From Antedon mediterranea (lineage: Eukaryota; Animalia; Echinodermata), in contig NC_092674.1 in the NCBI RefSeq assembly GCF_964355755.1, positions 28,830,001 to 28,894,000 on the forward strand: a stretch of 64,000 bases of DNA, in the 5' to 3' direction. The stretch's first letter is position 1. Every line of letters begins with the position of its first letter. Of the stretch, positions 1 through 13,200 are shown one piece after another. Below the pieces are notes generated by a model, which did no database searches, was not told the origin of the DNA, and saw only the letters and a program-made list of their open reading frames with translations. A program made the translations under genes and the position numbers.

Positions 1-420
1 ACAAAGCCTAAACATAAATATTTTGCTTAAGTAAAGCTGCACTGATTAGACCTGGATTCTTTGTGAGTCGGTGGATCTTTCCTCTTTTGAAATTTGTGTA
101 TTCTCTGGCTGACAATGAACAGGAAGCCGTTTTCAATGCTTGTACTGTACACAGGCTAACTGTAACTATGTATGTCTGCTTGTCACTTTTGTTATTGCAA
201 AATTATATAATATAATACAATTTTGTTTAGTAACAATTTCTTTTTGTATAATAGAAATAAAAACACTGAATTTGGAGTCATTTTGCAAAATCAAATGAAA
301 GTGAATTGACACCGAGAATCAATTTTCCATGGTAATTTTTGTTTTAATTTCCATTCGAAAATGAATTAACTTGCTTTCAAAATTATTCTTAACAAAGAAA
401 TATTATTGATTAAGGTATTA

Positions 421-570
421 CAGTCAACTCTCCCAATACCGGACACCTTTGGGTGGACCAAATATGTCTGGTTTTCTGGAAAGTCTGGTATTCAGAATGG
501 ACTTTGATAAAAGTCTGGTTTTGGGAGCATTTCCGGTTTTCAGAGAGTCCAGTATTGGGAGAGTTGTGTA
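421..570. mobile_element. Tc1/pogo-type MITE; related copies at ~19270-19450 and ~19995-20260
   Basis: TA|cagtcaactctcccaatac ... gtattgggagagttg TIRs; shared core aatatgtctggttttc.ggaaagtctggtattc. Confidence 0.65.
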
Positions 571-923
571 TTAGACAATACAAAAATGCAAAAGTAAAAT
601 GTAAATTAAATACAAAAAAATTCAATGAAAGCGAGTACATTTAGATTGATAGTATAAACACTGATCATGTCTATACAAAATAATAATTGAATTTAGAATG
701 TACAGTTTAACATTTTTTACAAATAAACAGAAAATGAAAAACATATATTTTTATTGAAAGATCTGCTTCGTATTATATTATAAACTGCTTGTCATGGTCA
801 AGACCAGTTTTATAAACTATGCCAACTCCCAAATTGTATGAATAAATAAAAGTAACTTTTAAAGCAAAATTTTACTTATTCAAATGGCAATGTTATAGTC
901 ACAGCACCGCAGTAGCTGATGAA

Positions 924-1606
924 GTGGCCCTGAATAGCAGACTGTAGCAATAGCAGTGCCACTAAATAGCAGACTGTAGCAATAGCAGTGCCACTGAATA
1001 GCAGACTGTAGCAATAGCAGTGGCCCTGAATAGCAGACTGCATCAATAGCAGTGGTACTGAATAGCAGACTGTAGCAATAGCAGTGCTACTGAATAGCAG
1101 ACTGTAGCAATAGCAGTGGCACTAAATAGCAGACTGTAGCAATAGCAGTGGTACTGAATAGCAGACTGTAGCAATAGCAGTGGCACTGAATAGCAAACTG
1201 TAGCAATAGCAGTGCAGTGGTACTGAATAGCAGACTGCATCAATAGCAGTGGCCCTGAATAGAAGACTGCATCAATAGCAGTGGTACTGAATAGCAGACT
1301 GTAGCAATAGCAGTGGCACTGAATAGCAAACTGTAGCAATAGCAGTGCAGTGGTACTGAATAGCAGACTGTAGCAATAGTAGTGGCCCTGAATAGCAGAC
1401 TGCATCAATAGCAGTGGTACTGAATAGCAGACTGTAGCAATAGCAGTGGCCCTGAATAGCAAACTGTAGCAATAGCAGTGGTACTGAATAGAAGACTGCA
1501 TCAATAGCAGTGGTACTGAATAGCAGACTGTAGTAATAGCAGTGGTACTGAATAGCAAACTGTAGCAATAGCCATAGCACTAAATAGCAGACTGTAGCAA
1601 TAGCAG
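924..1606. repeat. 32-bp minisatellite, about 21 copies
   Basis: Unit gtggtactgaatagcagactgtagcaatagca with variants. Confidence 0.95.
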
Positions 1607-2559
1607 TTAACAAAAATTGCTTTATATGCAACAACAGATGCTACAGTATATTTATGAAATTTACAGTAAAACAGCCAATCCCTGCACATCCATTTCCCAG
1701 GGCATGCGATAAAAAAAAACACACTTATTGGGGGATGTTTACAGATGGGTCATATGACACGCAAAGAAGATATATGAATGTTTATTAGTGAAAAAAGTCT
1801 TAACTTTCATTATACAGGAAACGCAATATGAATGAATGGGTACAGTTAGGAAGTTATGTTGGGCCAACGAGTTGGTATTTGTGGCGATAAATTACCATTG
1901 AGAGATGTTGGCACAAGACTTGGACAGGTTATAGACAATTGTTGATTGATTTATCAGGGTATCATTATGTAGTTGTGAAATAAATATAGAGTTAAATATA
2001 TTGTAATTGAGAAAACGGATAAAAACACTAAAGAAAAAGACTATTTATAATTTTTTTTTTTTAATAAAAACTGTTGAGTCAAAAAATTGAGAGCTGTTTT
2101 TTGAAAAAAATATTTCTTGTTATAATAATAAAGACATTATGAAAATATACATATTGATATTTATTGGAATGTTTATATGGTTATTTGCCTGCAACTGGCC
2201 AAAAAAAAGCCAAAAACATCACAAGAAAAAAAATTGATGACTTTTTTCATTCATTTATTTATTCATGGTCAAACACAGTAAAATATGTACATGGTTTGAA
2301 ATAATTTTTGTTTGGACAAAGTTAAAAATTCTCATAAAAATATTATAAAAAAGAGCTTAAAAGGTTAACATTTGTAAAATACAAATAAAAAAGATCATTT
2401 AAATACAGATAAAAATACATTTGTCGGTTTATCCAGGTAAGCTAGGCACGTAATAGACTACATAATTTAAAATACAAGCAAGATTGGTGTGTGAAGAAGG
2501 TTTAGCATAAAATTTATTTTATTTATTTTATTCAGTTGTCAACCAACAGCAATGAAACC

Positions 2560-3130
2560 GCCACTAACAGGTTGATCAACGTTTCCAAGTTTTATTGAAT
2601 TGCAGATGCTGGCACTACTAGGTAGAGGCCTAGTTGAGTATAAAAACAAGAAAATATATAATGAACTGTTTAACATCAACTGAAAAGTATAGGAAATGAA
2701 AGGTGCCAATGAGGAGGATCCAAACGGAAAAGTAGATCCGTATAGGAAACCAAAACAGCTACCATCATTATTACCGCATAATTACCATATTTGGTCATAC
2801 AGCATGGATCTGAATGAAAAGTACATGGGGAGTTGACCATTCACAAGCGAGAGTTGGCTTGACCCATTACATTGTGATTGGTCAAATGGATTACTTATGT
2901 CCTTGAACCAACAGTGGGTAAGAAGACAAAAACTGCATTGACTAATTTAAATGTCAGATAATTGTCTCGAACTCTTCACCGTTTTTGGACATAATTACAA
3001 AAAGGTATATTTTAAAGCCAAAAAACACATTGAATGCATTGATTTTATACAATTAAATTCGTAGAAACTGACACGCGTACAGGATGACCACCGCAATTGG
3101 ACAAGCATTATTCAGGAAAATGGGATTAGT
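2560..3130 (+). mobile_element. Highly degraded RTE-like LINE 3' remnant
   Basis: Scattered frames give ANEE, IFGHTAW and QDDHRNWTSII, similar to RTE C-terminal motifs; many stops. Confidence 0.35.
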
Positions 3131-3444
3131 CGGATCTTCCGGTTTAGTGATGAACTATAGAAGATTATTGGTTAGATAACGGATTACTCCACAACTTCAG
3201 GATAAGCTCAAGGAACTTGGACTTTTAATTGCTTGATTTCATTTATGACAAGCGCAATTAAAAGGCGCGGTAGTAATTATGAATTTTAAAATTGATTTTA
3301 CACATACCGTAAAAAGTTAAATTATAATTAATATTCCATATAATATTAATCACTTAAAAAGTTTATTTTTCTCCAAAGAACATGGCTTGAAATTGAGTAC
3401 AATTTTAGAAAAACTGTTTCTTTTCGTATTGTACAATATGTTAA

Positions 3445-3850
3445 TGTTGTTTCGATTTATATAGCACTTACACAATAAAAAGATTGTCCCAAAGCGCTGA
3501 GAGAAAAAAAAAAGAATTACAGAAAAAAAAAAATTGTCCCCCGTGAGATAACAAGAAATTGTTGGTTTATTCAGACAAACTAGGCCTGCAATGTAATACA
3601 TTTTAATCACGATTAAATGTAAATAAAAATTTAGTATGGCTTTTCATCTATTAAAATAAAGACAATATTAATAACTTTGTGTTTGAAAACTGTAAGCAGG
3701 ACCCAAATTAATAATGGGGCTTATATAGCGCACTAATATGCAAAGACGCAATGCGCTTAACAAAAGAAAGAAAAAGCAGAAAACTAAGAAAAAGAAAGAG
3801 AGTTAAAAAGATGAGTTATTAGAGCGGCCTTAAATTAAGAGATTGAAGTA
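3445..3850 (-). mobile_element. L2/CR1-type LINE 3'-end fragments; related copy at ~33405-33510
   Basis: tttatatagcact...cccaaagcgctgagag and ttatatagcgcact...gcgctt termini; near-identical block at 33405. Confidence 0.5.
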
Positions 3851-4124
3851 GTCTGACGGATAGGTTGGTAGGGGAAGGTGATAAAAGTATGATGTTGTTT
3901 ATGGACTAAATATTTCATTCATTCAATTTATTGTTCCACATAAAATAAGTAAAAGATATGACAAGACAAGACAAAGAAAAATAAAGAATTTGGTTAATTA
4001 TTTGTTTATGTGTGGAAACTCAAAATCAAATAAGCCAAAAAGGGCTTTAAGGCTGAGTATTCCAAAATATATTATTCAGTTATTATTTAATATTACATTT
4101 AAATTGAAATTGATTGAAATATAT

Positions 4125-4421
4125 ATTTATACTGGGTAACCTCTTCAGTCAAAGACTGGTCTCCCAGAGGGCCCAGTTGGTGATCAGTGGCTGTGATGTA
4201 CTAATACACCGGGGTAACCCCCTACTCGTCTCGAAAGATGTACTAGGTTCTTTAAAGTGCACACGAGCTAGATGTGTACACTGGACCTACGGTTTATAGT
4301 CCTTATCCGAGAAGACTCGTTCTACCACCAGAACCATGGAGTGAGTGAGCCTCGAACCCATGCTGATGTTATGGCTACGTAATTACGGTTCCACTGTCTT
4401 AACCGCTCGGCTACTCACTCA
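4125..4421 (-). mobile_element. tRNA-derived SINE with Deu/Nin-like core
   Basis: Minus strand: A box tagccgagcgg, B box ggttcgaggc, core ggataaggactataaaccgtaggtcc...ttaaagaacc...gagtagggggttaccccggtg, AT-rich tail. Confidence 0.85.
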
Positions 4422-6779
4422 CTAGGCCACTCACTAAATAGTTACATAATAGGGATTTTTGAATTGTGTAATTCACACCAAGCATTATACTGTACTTTAC
4501 TCAGTATTGTACTCATGCGTCAAGCTCCATTTATTGCGTACGTAAGCATACAATATAAACACATTAACAACTACTAGTTACTAACACTTGAAGAAAAGAT
4601 GAATAAGTGTCAATCATATAAAATAATATACAGTATAACAACTAAGTTGTCTTCCGCATTTGAACAAAATACCCTGTAGGGCAAAACATCTATCTAGGTC
4701 ACATCCAGGTCAGCTCTCCTTCTCATACAAAACAAGTTATTATTAAATATAAATAATATATTATATTGTTATTTTGAAATTAAATAAAATTACATTGTGA
4801 AATCACTGATCCATGACTGAGTTTAATACTTAGACCTACATATTATCAAAAGAGTTATCTTGTATGAAAACCAAATAAATTAAGTAATAGAATTCATGGC
4901 ACCAATTAATGTTGTATTTATATATATTATTATGTAGGTCAAAAAACAGGGTCAAAAGTTACGTATTTCAAATAAATAAGTCAAATAAATGTAAGCCATA
5001 AAGTTAAAAGCCTTTCAATTTGCGACAACCCAAATACGTTTATTGTGCGTATCCAAGAATATTTGGACGCGTGTCCTAGCTCCTCACCTTGACGCAGACT
5101 TGACCTGACCTAGAAAGGTTGGTCCTTATAAGTCTCCGCAAATCGAAAGCTCCCTATTACTGTAAAGTTTAAATATTAATGATTGTTATAAAAACTTTAT
5201 TTATTACATAAACATAACTTGAGAACTGAATGATCAGAGAGAATGTAAGAAATAAGGGGACTGACAGTGAAAGCAGTAAAAATGGAGAAACATTTGAAAA
5301 AATATTTCTTTTTTATTTATAACAAAACCACAGTACTGTATATTTTCAAAATCGATTACCCATCCATTAATGTTTCAAGTCAATGTTTAGACATGTCCTC
5401 ACCAAAACAGCATTAATCAAATGAAGTGTTTATTGACATGCAAAGGTTGTGAATATATTATACCCTTGGGAAAAGCAATGGTTTCTGAATAGTGCCATAT
5501 CAACCTTGGTTAAATTAACCCACTTAATGTCACCTTGTGTGGTATAGTATTGTTTATATTGTACTGTACTTTATTCATGATGATAAAAATTAAAAGCCTT
5601 TCTCTAATTAAAGACCGCTTTTGAAAATCGTTAGGCACTAAAACGATGTAATCATTTCTATATAAAAACCAAATTTATATTGTTTAATTATGGGCCAATG
5701 GCCGGGCATTATTTAGTTAATGAAATGACCTCCATGTGACCTGATAGTGATGTACAGAAAATGGCTGAGAATTACAGAAAGTGGCATTCGGTAGTCGCAA
5801 AGAAATTGGTCAAAACAAATATTTTTCACAACAAATTTAGTTATTTTGTATTTAGTTAAATTGGCTAAAAAAGGTAATCAAAAGATGCTCCAGCACCTCC
5901 AGCCTAAAATGGTGCAAATATCTGTCATGTAGATTACGGATGAGAGGTACAGTTGAGGACATGTTAATGCTATATATACTGTATTTATCTTTTGTTCAAA
6001 TGATCTTTTTTGTAATGTAAGAAAAAATACAATTATAAATACATAAGACGATCTTGTTTCTGATGGATTTACAGAAAAAAAATGGAATAAACTAAATACA
6101 AAAGATTGTATTGTCAAATGCAAATTACAGTTACATAAAAATTGGTGGGCTTATATCCGAGTCAGTGCCCTAGTTCCAGTTTGATTCATGATTTATTTGC
6201 AATCAATTCTAAAAGGTTTGTTGTCTGATGTATAGTGTAATTTAGAAAGGAAAATAAACAATACTAACCTTGTATATTTGTAACTATTGATGATCATGCA
6301 GGCATTCAAAATATGCACATCATTCATATATTATCTTTTCAAGAAAAAAAAAGAAAAAAATTACTGGCCTATTTAAACTACATGTAGCTAGAAGATGTCA
6401 AACTCCTTTGTTCTTTTGTACACAATAAAAAAAAATGGCATTAATATTTTAACCACTTCTTGCTTGGAAATTCACAAACTTAGTTACAGCTCATTTATGA
6501 TTTAGGCTAGCCTAGGCTAGTTACTTTCTCATTTTAGTTATACTCAGACTATTCTGGGAAGCGGCTATTGGCACGGCCAATCGTGAGTGTGTAATTTATT
6601 ATGTAAAGTTTTCTACTATTGACACGGTCGATCAACCATGCATGCATCTAGACATTTTGATTAACTTTTAATAAGATAGACAAGAACAAAAAGAGTTACA
6701 CATGACATGGTTAAACTTATGGTCGACCTTGGCTTTGTTGTCCTTGTCGATAGAAAACAAGGCATTTCAACTGGGTAGC

Positions 6780-7230
6780 CTCTAGTCCCTGTCACTGAGG
6801 CCTAAATTAGAACCAGACTAGGCCTAGATAGGCTAGCCGGCTCCAGCAGCCCTTATTAATCATTCATCTAGGCATAGTCTAGGCCTACCTGGCCTAAGTA
6901 ACACCTAGCCCGGGTTCGGGCCGCGGCGGTCCCACCACGCAGGCTAAAATTAAAGGAGGGTGGTGGTGGTTGGTCAGTCAATCAATGACAGTACAATACA
7001 ATATGTAGAGGTAATTAATATAAATACATAATCACTACCTTGTAAAACTATTGCAATTACGTTACGAGGCCTATATTATTAATAATATTATTACTTTTTT
7101 TTTGTGAGCACTCTCAACAAGAATAATATGGCACTCTCTATGGTTTTGATTGTTCGCGCGTCTTGTCTCTTTTTCCTCTAGTTTTTTCTCTCTCATCAAA
7201 AAAAGTAAATGAACAATAGAGGGCGCGATT
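6780..7230. promoter_or_regulatory. CpG-rich putative promoter of an unidentified gene, probably running leftward out of the window
   Basis: CpG cluster (cccgggttcgggccgcggcgg, ttcgcgcg, gggcgcg) and the same TAGGCCTA clustering as the other two promoters; no coding exons identified. Confidence 0.35.
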
Positions 7231-10091
7231 TATCAAACCACATTTAGAACTTTGAAAAAGTAATAATATTATTATTAATAAATAATTATTTATTTATTTG
7301 TTAAACATGTTTTTGTTTGTTTTTATATATTTAGGAAAAAGTCAATGCCAAGGAATTAATTTACTATTCCTCTTAAAGGTGGCAATCTTGTTCACAATAC
7401 AAATACTCAAGTCATTGTCATTAAAAAAAAAAATCTAGAGACAGCCCGGACTTGAACCTATCTAGGTAGCCCAGTATTATAGAAACAATGTTGTCATGTG
7501 GTCAAAATAACAGAGAATTGACGTTGGAAGGCACCACTAATAGTGGACTTTAACAAACTCAGGTGGGTACACTATTCGAAAGGAGTTTCCTGGTGTACTG
7601 ATCTGGTAGACGCTGCACTGCCGGCTGCCGTGGGTCCGTGGAGGGCCTAATCTCAGTTTCCAGTTCAGCTTGAGGACCATAATAATACATTTAACAATTT
7701 TAACATAACGAATACATAAATACGTTTTTATTATATTGAGATGTCTTGTGATTGGTGACGTCGTGTGTCAGTCGCGGCCTATAGTAGGCCTACTGTACTG
7801 TCGTTCATTTTATATTATTATAACAGTGTTCATCACACTCTAATCTGTCAATTTTATTTCAAAGACTAACACTATAACTCATCGATCCATAATCTGTTGT
7901 CAGCAAAAATAAATCCTAGGTATGCAGTGGGATTAGTAATAACTTGAGTTGCGTTCGTCGTATATAAACAAACAACATTATTTTTGGGATTTTTTTTTAA
8001 TTTAAAAAATAACAATTAAAGATATTTGGTATCCGAATCTAGGTTTAAATTAATAATATATTGTAATATTTCGTTCTGAAATGTTTCTCTTTATGTTACG
8101 CATTTGTAATTCAATAGAAAAAAGTTGTGTGAACTTTTTCAGGGCCAATAAACTTTGTCGTGGTTATTAGAAAAAAAATTATGATATCCGGTCTTTCAAA
8201 AAATGGATTACGTGCATTGGAATTGAAATCCGTCTCATTGTAACGCTTGTCCGACCGTTATGGGTTTGTAGGATTCTATTATTGAGAGAGGATCATCTTT
8301 AGGCCTACTAAAAACATTTAAAAACAACTCAAATCTGGTTGAACAAAAGTTGTCAACTAAAAGGATAAAAATAGGCTACCGCAGAGTAACAATGACGCGC
8401 TTACGTGGACTAAGATAAGCATCTTATATTGTGCACTTTGAGCGAATCTATTGGATCACGAGAATCGACGTTTTTTCTTAGCTGTCCTTATTACGGGCAC
8501 ATTTTTGTTCATTCGACAAAAAAAAATACAGTAGAATTGGCCGATATAGTTATAATGACCCCCCCCCCCCCGCCCTTGAATACGAGTGCCGATAATGATA
8601 ACCGTTAGGTAAAATGTGTCGCAAAAGTTTGTGACATGACGTAATCATACAAACACACTTATACAAATATTGTTTCAACAAATGTTCTTTTATTTATTTA
8701 CAAAATACAAACAAATATATAATGTCCGTTCACATGGTTGTATAGTTTACAACAGTTAAACAGACATAGGGATACATGCCCAATCTCTTTTAATAATATT
8801 GTACTTTACTACAGTACCTTTAATATTTTTATAACTCAGAAACGGAGATTGTTATAACATGGTATTAATGTTTACAATTAGGTATATACTGTATTACAGT
8901 ATTATGTTGTGTTTTATATTATACAATACATACACATTACGTTATGTTTACTAACTGTATACATTCTGAACATCATCATTATGTTTACACGCTGTTTCAT
9001 CTATCGTGATCGTGTGATAGAGTGATTCTTCGATCGGTTTAATTGTGTGTTCACATGGGCGGTATAACGCTATGGAATATATCTGAAACCGTTGGAATTA
9101 TAACAGAAGTACATCAGAGTTATATCGGAGTTAACATGGTTTATTCCAAGATAACATATTTAAAAAAAGCTCTGTTGTATTAAAATAAAATGGATCATGA
9201 ATATAAAAAAAACGAACCTCAAACAATAATATTACTGTACCTATGACATCATCTCCAAATATAGATATGTTAAAGGAAAGTTGGTGTGCTTTTGGTGTAA
9301 CAATAAAATATTAAAATAATAAACAAATTATAAACAATATAAAGGAGAATATGATTATTAATCATATACCAAATTACATTAAGCTGTAAATTATTTAACA
9401 GCAAGAAATATTAAAAAAAACTTGATATACAATGAATTAATTATCAAAAACCAAAAATTACCAGTTGTGAATTGTATTGTAATTTTGTAAACATAATTCA
9501 TTATTACGTAACATATTACGTCATTAAAATACTTTGCATTTAATTATGTAATTCGTTACAATCAGACTAAAAATATGAGTGAACCAACAAGCAACAAAAT
9601 AAAATCATTTTTTATATGTATCTGAAAACCAACAGTAATGACCACATTCAATATAAAAAAAACATCCGCTATATAACCTACTGCACAAGCATACGAGTTC
9701 ATATGTAAAAATACGTTAAAACTGCTGAGAAACAAGTCCCAGGTTAAAACAAGGGTTTGACTTCCCTGGTTTAAACACTGTATCTTTCATTTAACCAGGT
9801 GGACGCACATTACATACTATAATTTGAATAAATCTTCCCCCAAGTGCTAGAGCGAAACTAAAACCTAGGACGGTAGATTTATATTCATTTCTAAACTATT
9901 GTATGATATATAGAAACATTATCAAAGGAATTACAAGATATTTAAACATACTTTCAATATAACTCATATTGACTTAAGACCAGCTTCAAAGCCAAATGTA
10001 TACGCTCTATTATAGTAACGTCACAATCTCAGATATTCATTATTGCTATTTAGTGAGTGAAGGAAAAATGTCTAGGATCCTACTATAGACT

Positions 10092-10252
10092 AGGTTCTGT
10101 CTACACTATCAAACTTTATGTGACAAAAAAATGTGATGTGCCCATATATGGACATGATGATGTCTTATGACTACCATATTTGGGCATATCACTACCATAT
10201 TTGGGCACATCACACTTTGTTGTAAAACTAGTTTGATAGTGTAGACAGACCT
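10092..10252. mobile_element. Palindromic MITE family A (PIF/Harbinger-like), representative copy; others at 11502-11659, 17183-17299, 17856-18009, 18457-18626, 20034-20162, 25845-25985, 27031-27175, 32011-32142, 32764-32899, 35449-35581, 47988-48152, 48826-48993, 59205-59379, 62281-62408
   Basis: TIR agctctgtctacactatcaaact...agtttgatagtgtagacagagct, internal tgtgatgtgccc/gggcacatcaca, mostly TWA-like flanks. Superfamily assignment is inferred. Confidence 0.9.
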
Positions 10253-13200
10253 TTACAGAAAGGTTTGTTTTCCGAAATCAAATTAAACACAATACAGGTT
10301 TCCAATCTGTTGCGCGCCCCATACATACAACCATACAGTAACTAAAATATTATAGCATTCTAAAACATTAACAATCAAAATATCGAGACGACTGCTCTAA
10401 ACATTTTTAAGGTTACAAAATTTATAGGAATAGTATGGATGATTACATCAGGACCTATTATAGGTCCGTGATTACACAGTGTTACTTGTCACCAGGACCT
10501 ATTATAGGTCCATAATTAATACACACAATTGTTGTACATACGGACATTTTTCTGATGGTGGAGGAACAAAGTGTGGGGAGCGTATAGATTACAAGCATCA
10601 ACGCTTACATTATTATTGTACGAGAGTTAAATTACGATGACGTGTATGTTGGTCTTGAACTCTATGCACCCCCATGGAAGTCTAGCTGGAAATTGTATAA
10701 CTTCATTGAATAGTAGGCCTACAGCTAGTATACATATTAGAGTTAATGGAATGAACTCCGGACATACAATTCTTAGAGGAAGAACAAAAACCGATGGAGA
10801 TAGGCTATGAGACAGAAAATGATGGGCTGAGAGCTTGGGGACGCCTTCCCCTGCAGTATGGCTGAAATGAGTAAATTTCCAAATTAGTAGGCAGGCCATT
10901 AGCTAAGCCTCGAAAAAAAAACGTATTTGGGGTTTATTTACAAAAACAGATTTATAAAAACGTTCCTAACTCAGGAAAAGTGAAAAAATATTTAAGATAA
11001 TTAAAGAATAGTAGTTTATTTAAATAAGTTACAAACAAATTTATATAATAGAATAGAATTTATAATATATTATAAGAATATTAATTTTAAGCATCGCATA
11101 CAATAAAGTGAAATGACAAAATGAAAAATTTAGCTCTAAATGACAGTTCTATTGGAACTTTAAAATTACAATTGTAAACAGCAATTATAGAGGGGGCTAT
11201 TCAAATTTAGTTAAGCAATTTGATTCTATCTTAAGTATCAGGTAGTTACCCAAAATAAATTATTACTATTTTCTTATTTGTATTCACTAGAATATAAGTA
11301 CATTAGTATCTGAAATAGTTAAATTTAGAAATATTATGATTACATCATTTGTAATGAATTCTGTTCAATAATAATAAAATTAATTTTATAATGGACGCTT
11401 TCTAAAAATCATTTATTCACATAAATAAACAAGTTTTACTTAGCTATTACTACAGAATAGAGTTTACAAATACATTAAATATCAAATGATATCTGTAGTA
11501 AAGCTCTGTCCACACTATCAAACTTTATGCGACAAATAAATGTGATGTGCCCAAATATGGCAGTGATATGCACAAATATGGTAGTGATATGACATCATGT
11601 CCATATATGGGCACATCACATTTATTTGTCACATAAAGTTTGATAGCGTGGACAGAGCTTTACTACAGAGTGTATTTTCTGAGTCCACATACTTAATAAC
11701 CATTATTACATTATGAATCGACCCAAACCTATGCCTCACTCTCCAAAGTTGATTTATAATAATATAAACAAATTTTATTCAATCATAAATAATTTAAATC
11801 ATGATGGATACTGACAAAGCAAATATAATATTGTTTAATTTTTCTGATAATAGTTGTTTTATTGGTTTTTTTTTAGTTACACAACAAAAATAAGCCTATT
11901 ACATATGCATTACTTTTCCAACCAAAATCATTACAATGGTGATTTAACCATAGAGGAAATGGTATCAATAATGATGATTTAACCAGAGAATAAATAAATT
12001 ATTATTACTTATTTCCTCCATGATTAAACTGGCTCTTATTTAAGTATATCTAATGAAATTCACAATAAAAATATCAAATTAACAAATTTATCGGTTGCAC
12101 GTTTTTTTGGTTTTTCCGTATAAGTTGTCAATATTTTCTACCGCATGCTTAACCTTGCTAAGTTTAATTTCCTTCACAATAAACCGAGTGCATTGTTCAA
12201 TTTACCGCATTACCTGTCAACACTTAAGTAGCCAACTTGTTTATTCAATATTTAGAAAATGGCCACTTGTATGATAACGATATATTGTCCACCTGTAATT
12301 TTTTTTTAAAGTAAACAATTATTTTATCAAACCAATAACGAGAGATTAGATGGTAAATATTCTTTATTAATTAATTACAAACCAGATGAACATTTACAAT
12401 CATGTCATTTTAATGTCACATAATAGTTATTCACTTTTACCAACAATTTGATGGAAATTAAATTAAAGCAACTATCAAATTAGTGAATTGTTTTAGTGAC
12501 TTGTTTTTGATGTTTTTTTTTAAATTGAAATAAAGATACCGAGATATAAACTTTCTGTAAGACAATGGTTTGAAATTATTATTTTTAAAAATTTTTTTAT
12601 ACAGAAGTGAATAACTTGATTAAAATTGCAGAATGGCCTTTTTAAAGTTTGATTTTTATTAATTTTCATTTTTCATAAAACATATATTGCATGTTATAAA
12701 TAAAGCAAGTTTAGGATTGATAAAAAAAATGTTTACATTAAGGAGTGCCAAGTAGGAAAAAGTGTGTTGATATTCACAAATGAAACTATTACTTAATCAA
12801 ATATATGCATATGGGATATTAAAAAAAAAAATAGACAAATTGCATAACTATTTAATAGAAATTAATTTCTCAATTTATATTTTTTTTTTTCAAGTAATCT
12901 TAAATTGTTAAACTTGTTTTGATCACATATACCATCAGTTAACAATGCAACACAATTTAAATTGTACAGTATACTGGGTGCAATAAGAACATAATATGTT
13001 ATTTTCAATGTGAGAATTATTTATTTACTTATTCCTTCTTTAATATGTATATATATATATATACTTATATTTACTTATTTATTCCTTCTTTAATATGTAT
13101 ATATATATGTGAGTGTTGTTTTAACAAAATACAAATAATTGCCATTCAAAATTGGTAAACTGTATACAGTTTGCTTGCAGTCTTTCTTTATAGAATTCAT

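Noticed and set aside
51-150. Possible minus-strand exon at the window edge
   Set aside because: Weak donor (gtctaa) and no recognisable peptide.
924-1606. CRISPR-like periodicity here and at 59930-60205
   Set aside because: Units are contiguous with no unique spacers, there are no cas genes, and the context is eukaryotic.
1043-1722. Cys/Tyr/Leu-rich ORFs
   Set aside because: Translation of a 32-bp minisatellite whose unit is not a multiple of 3.
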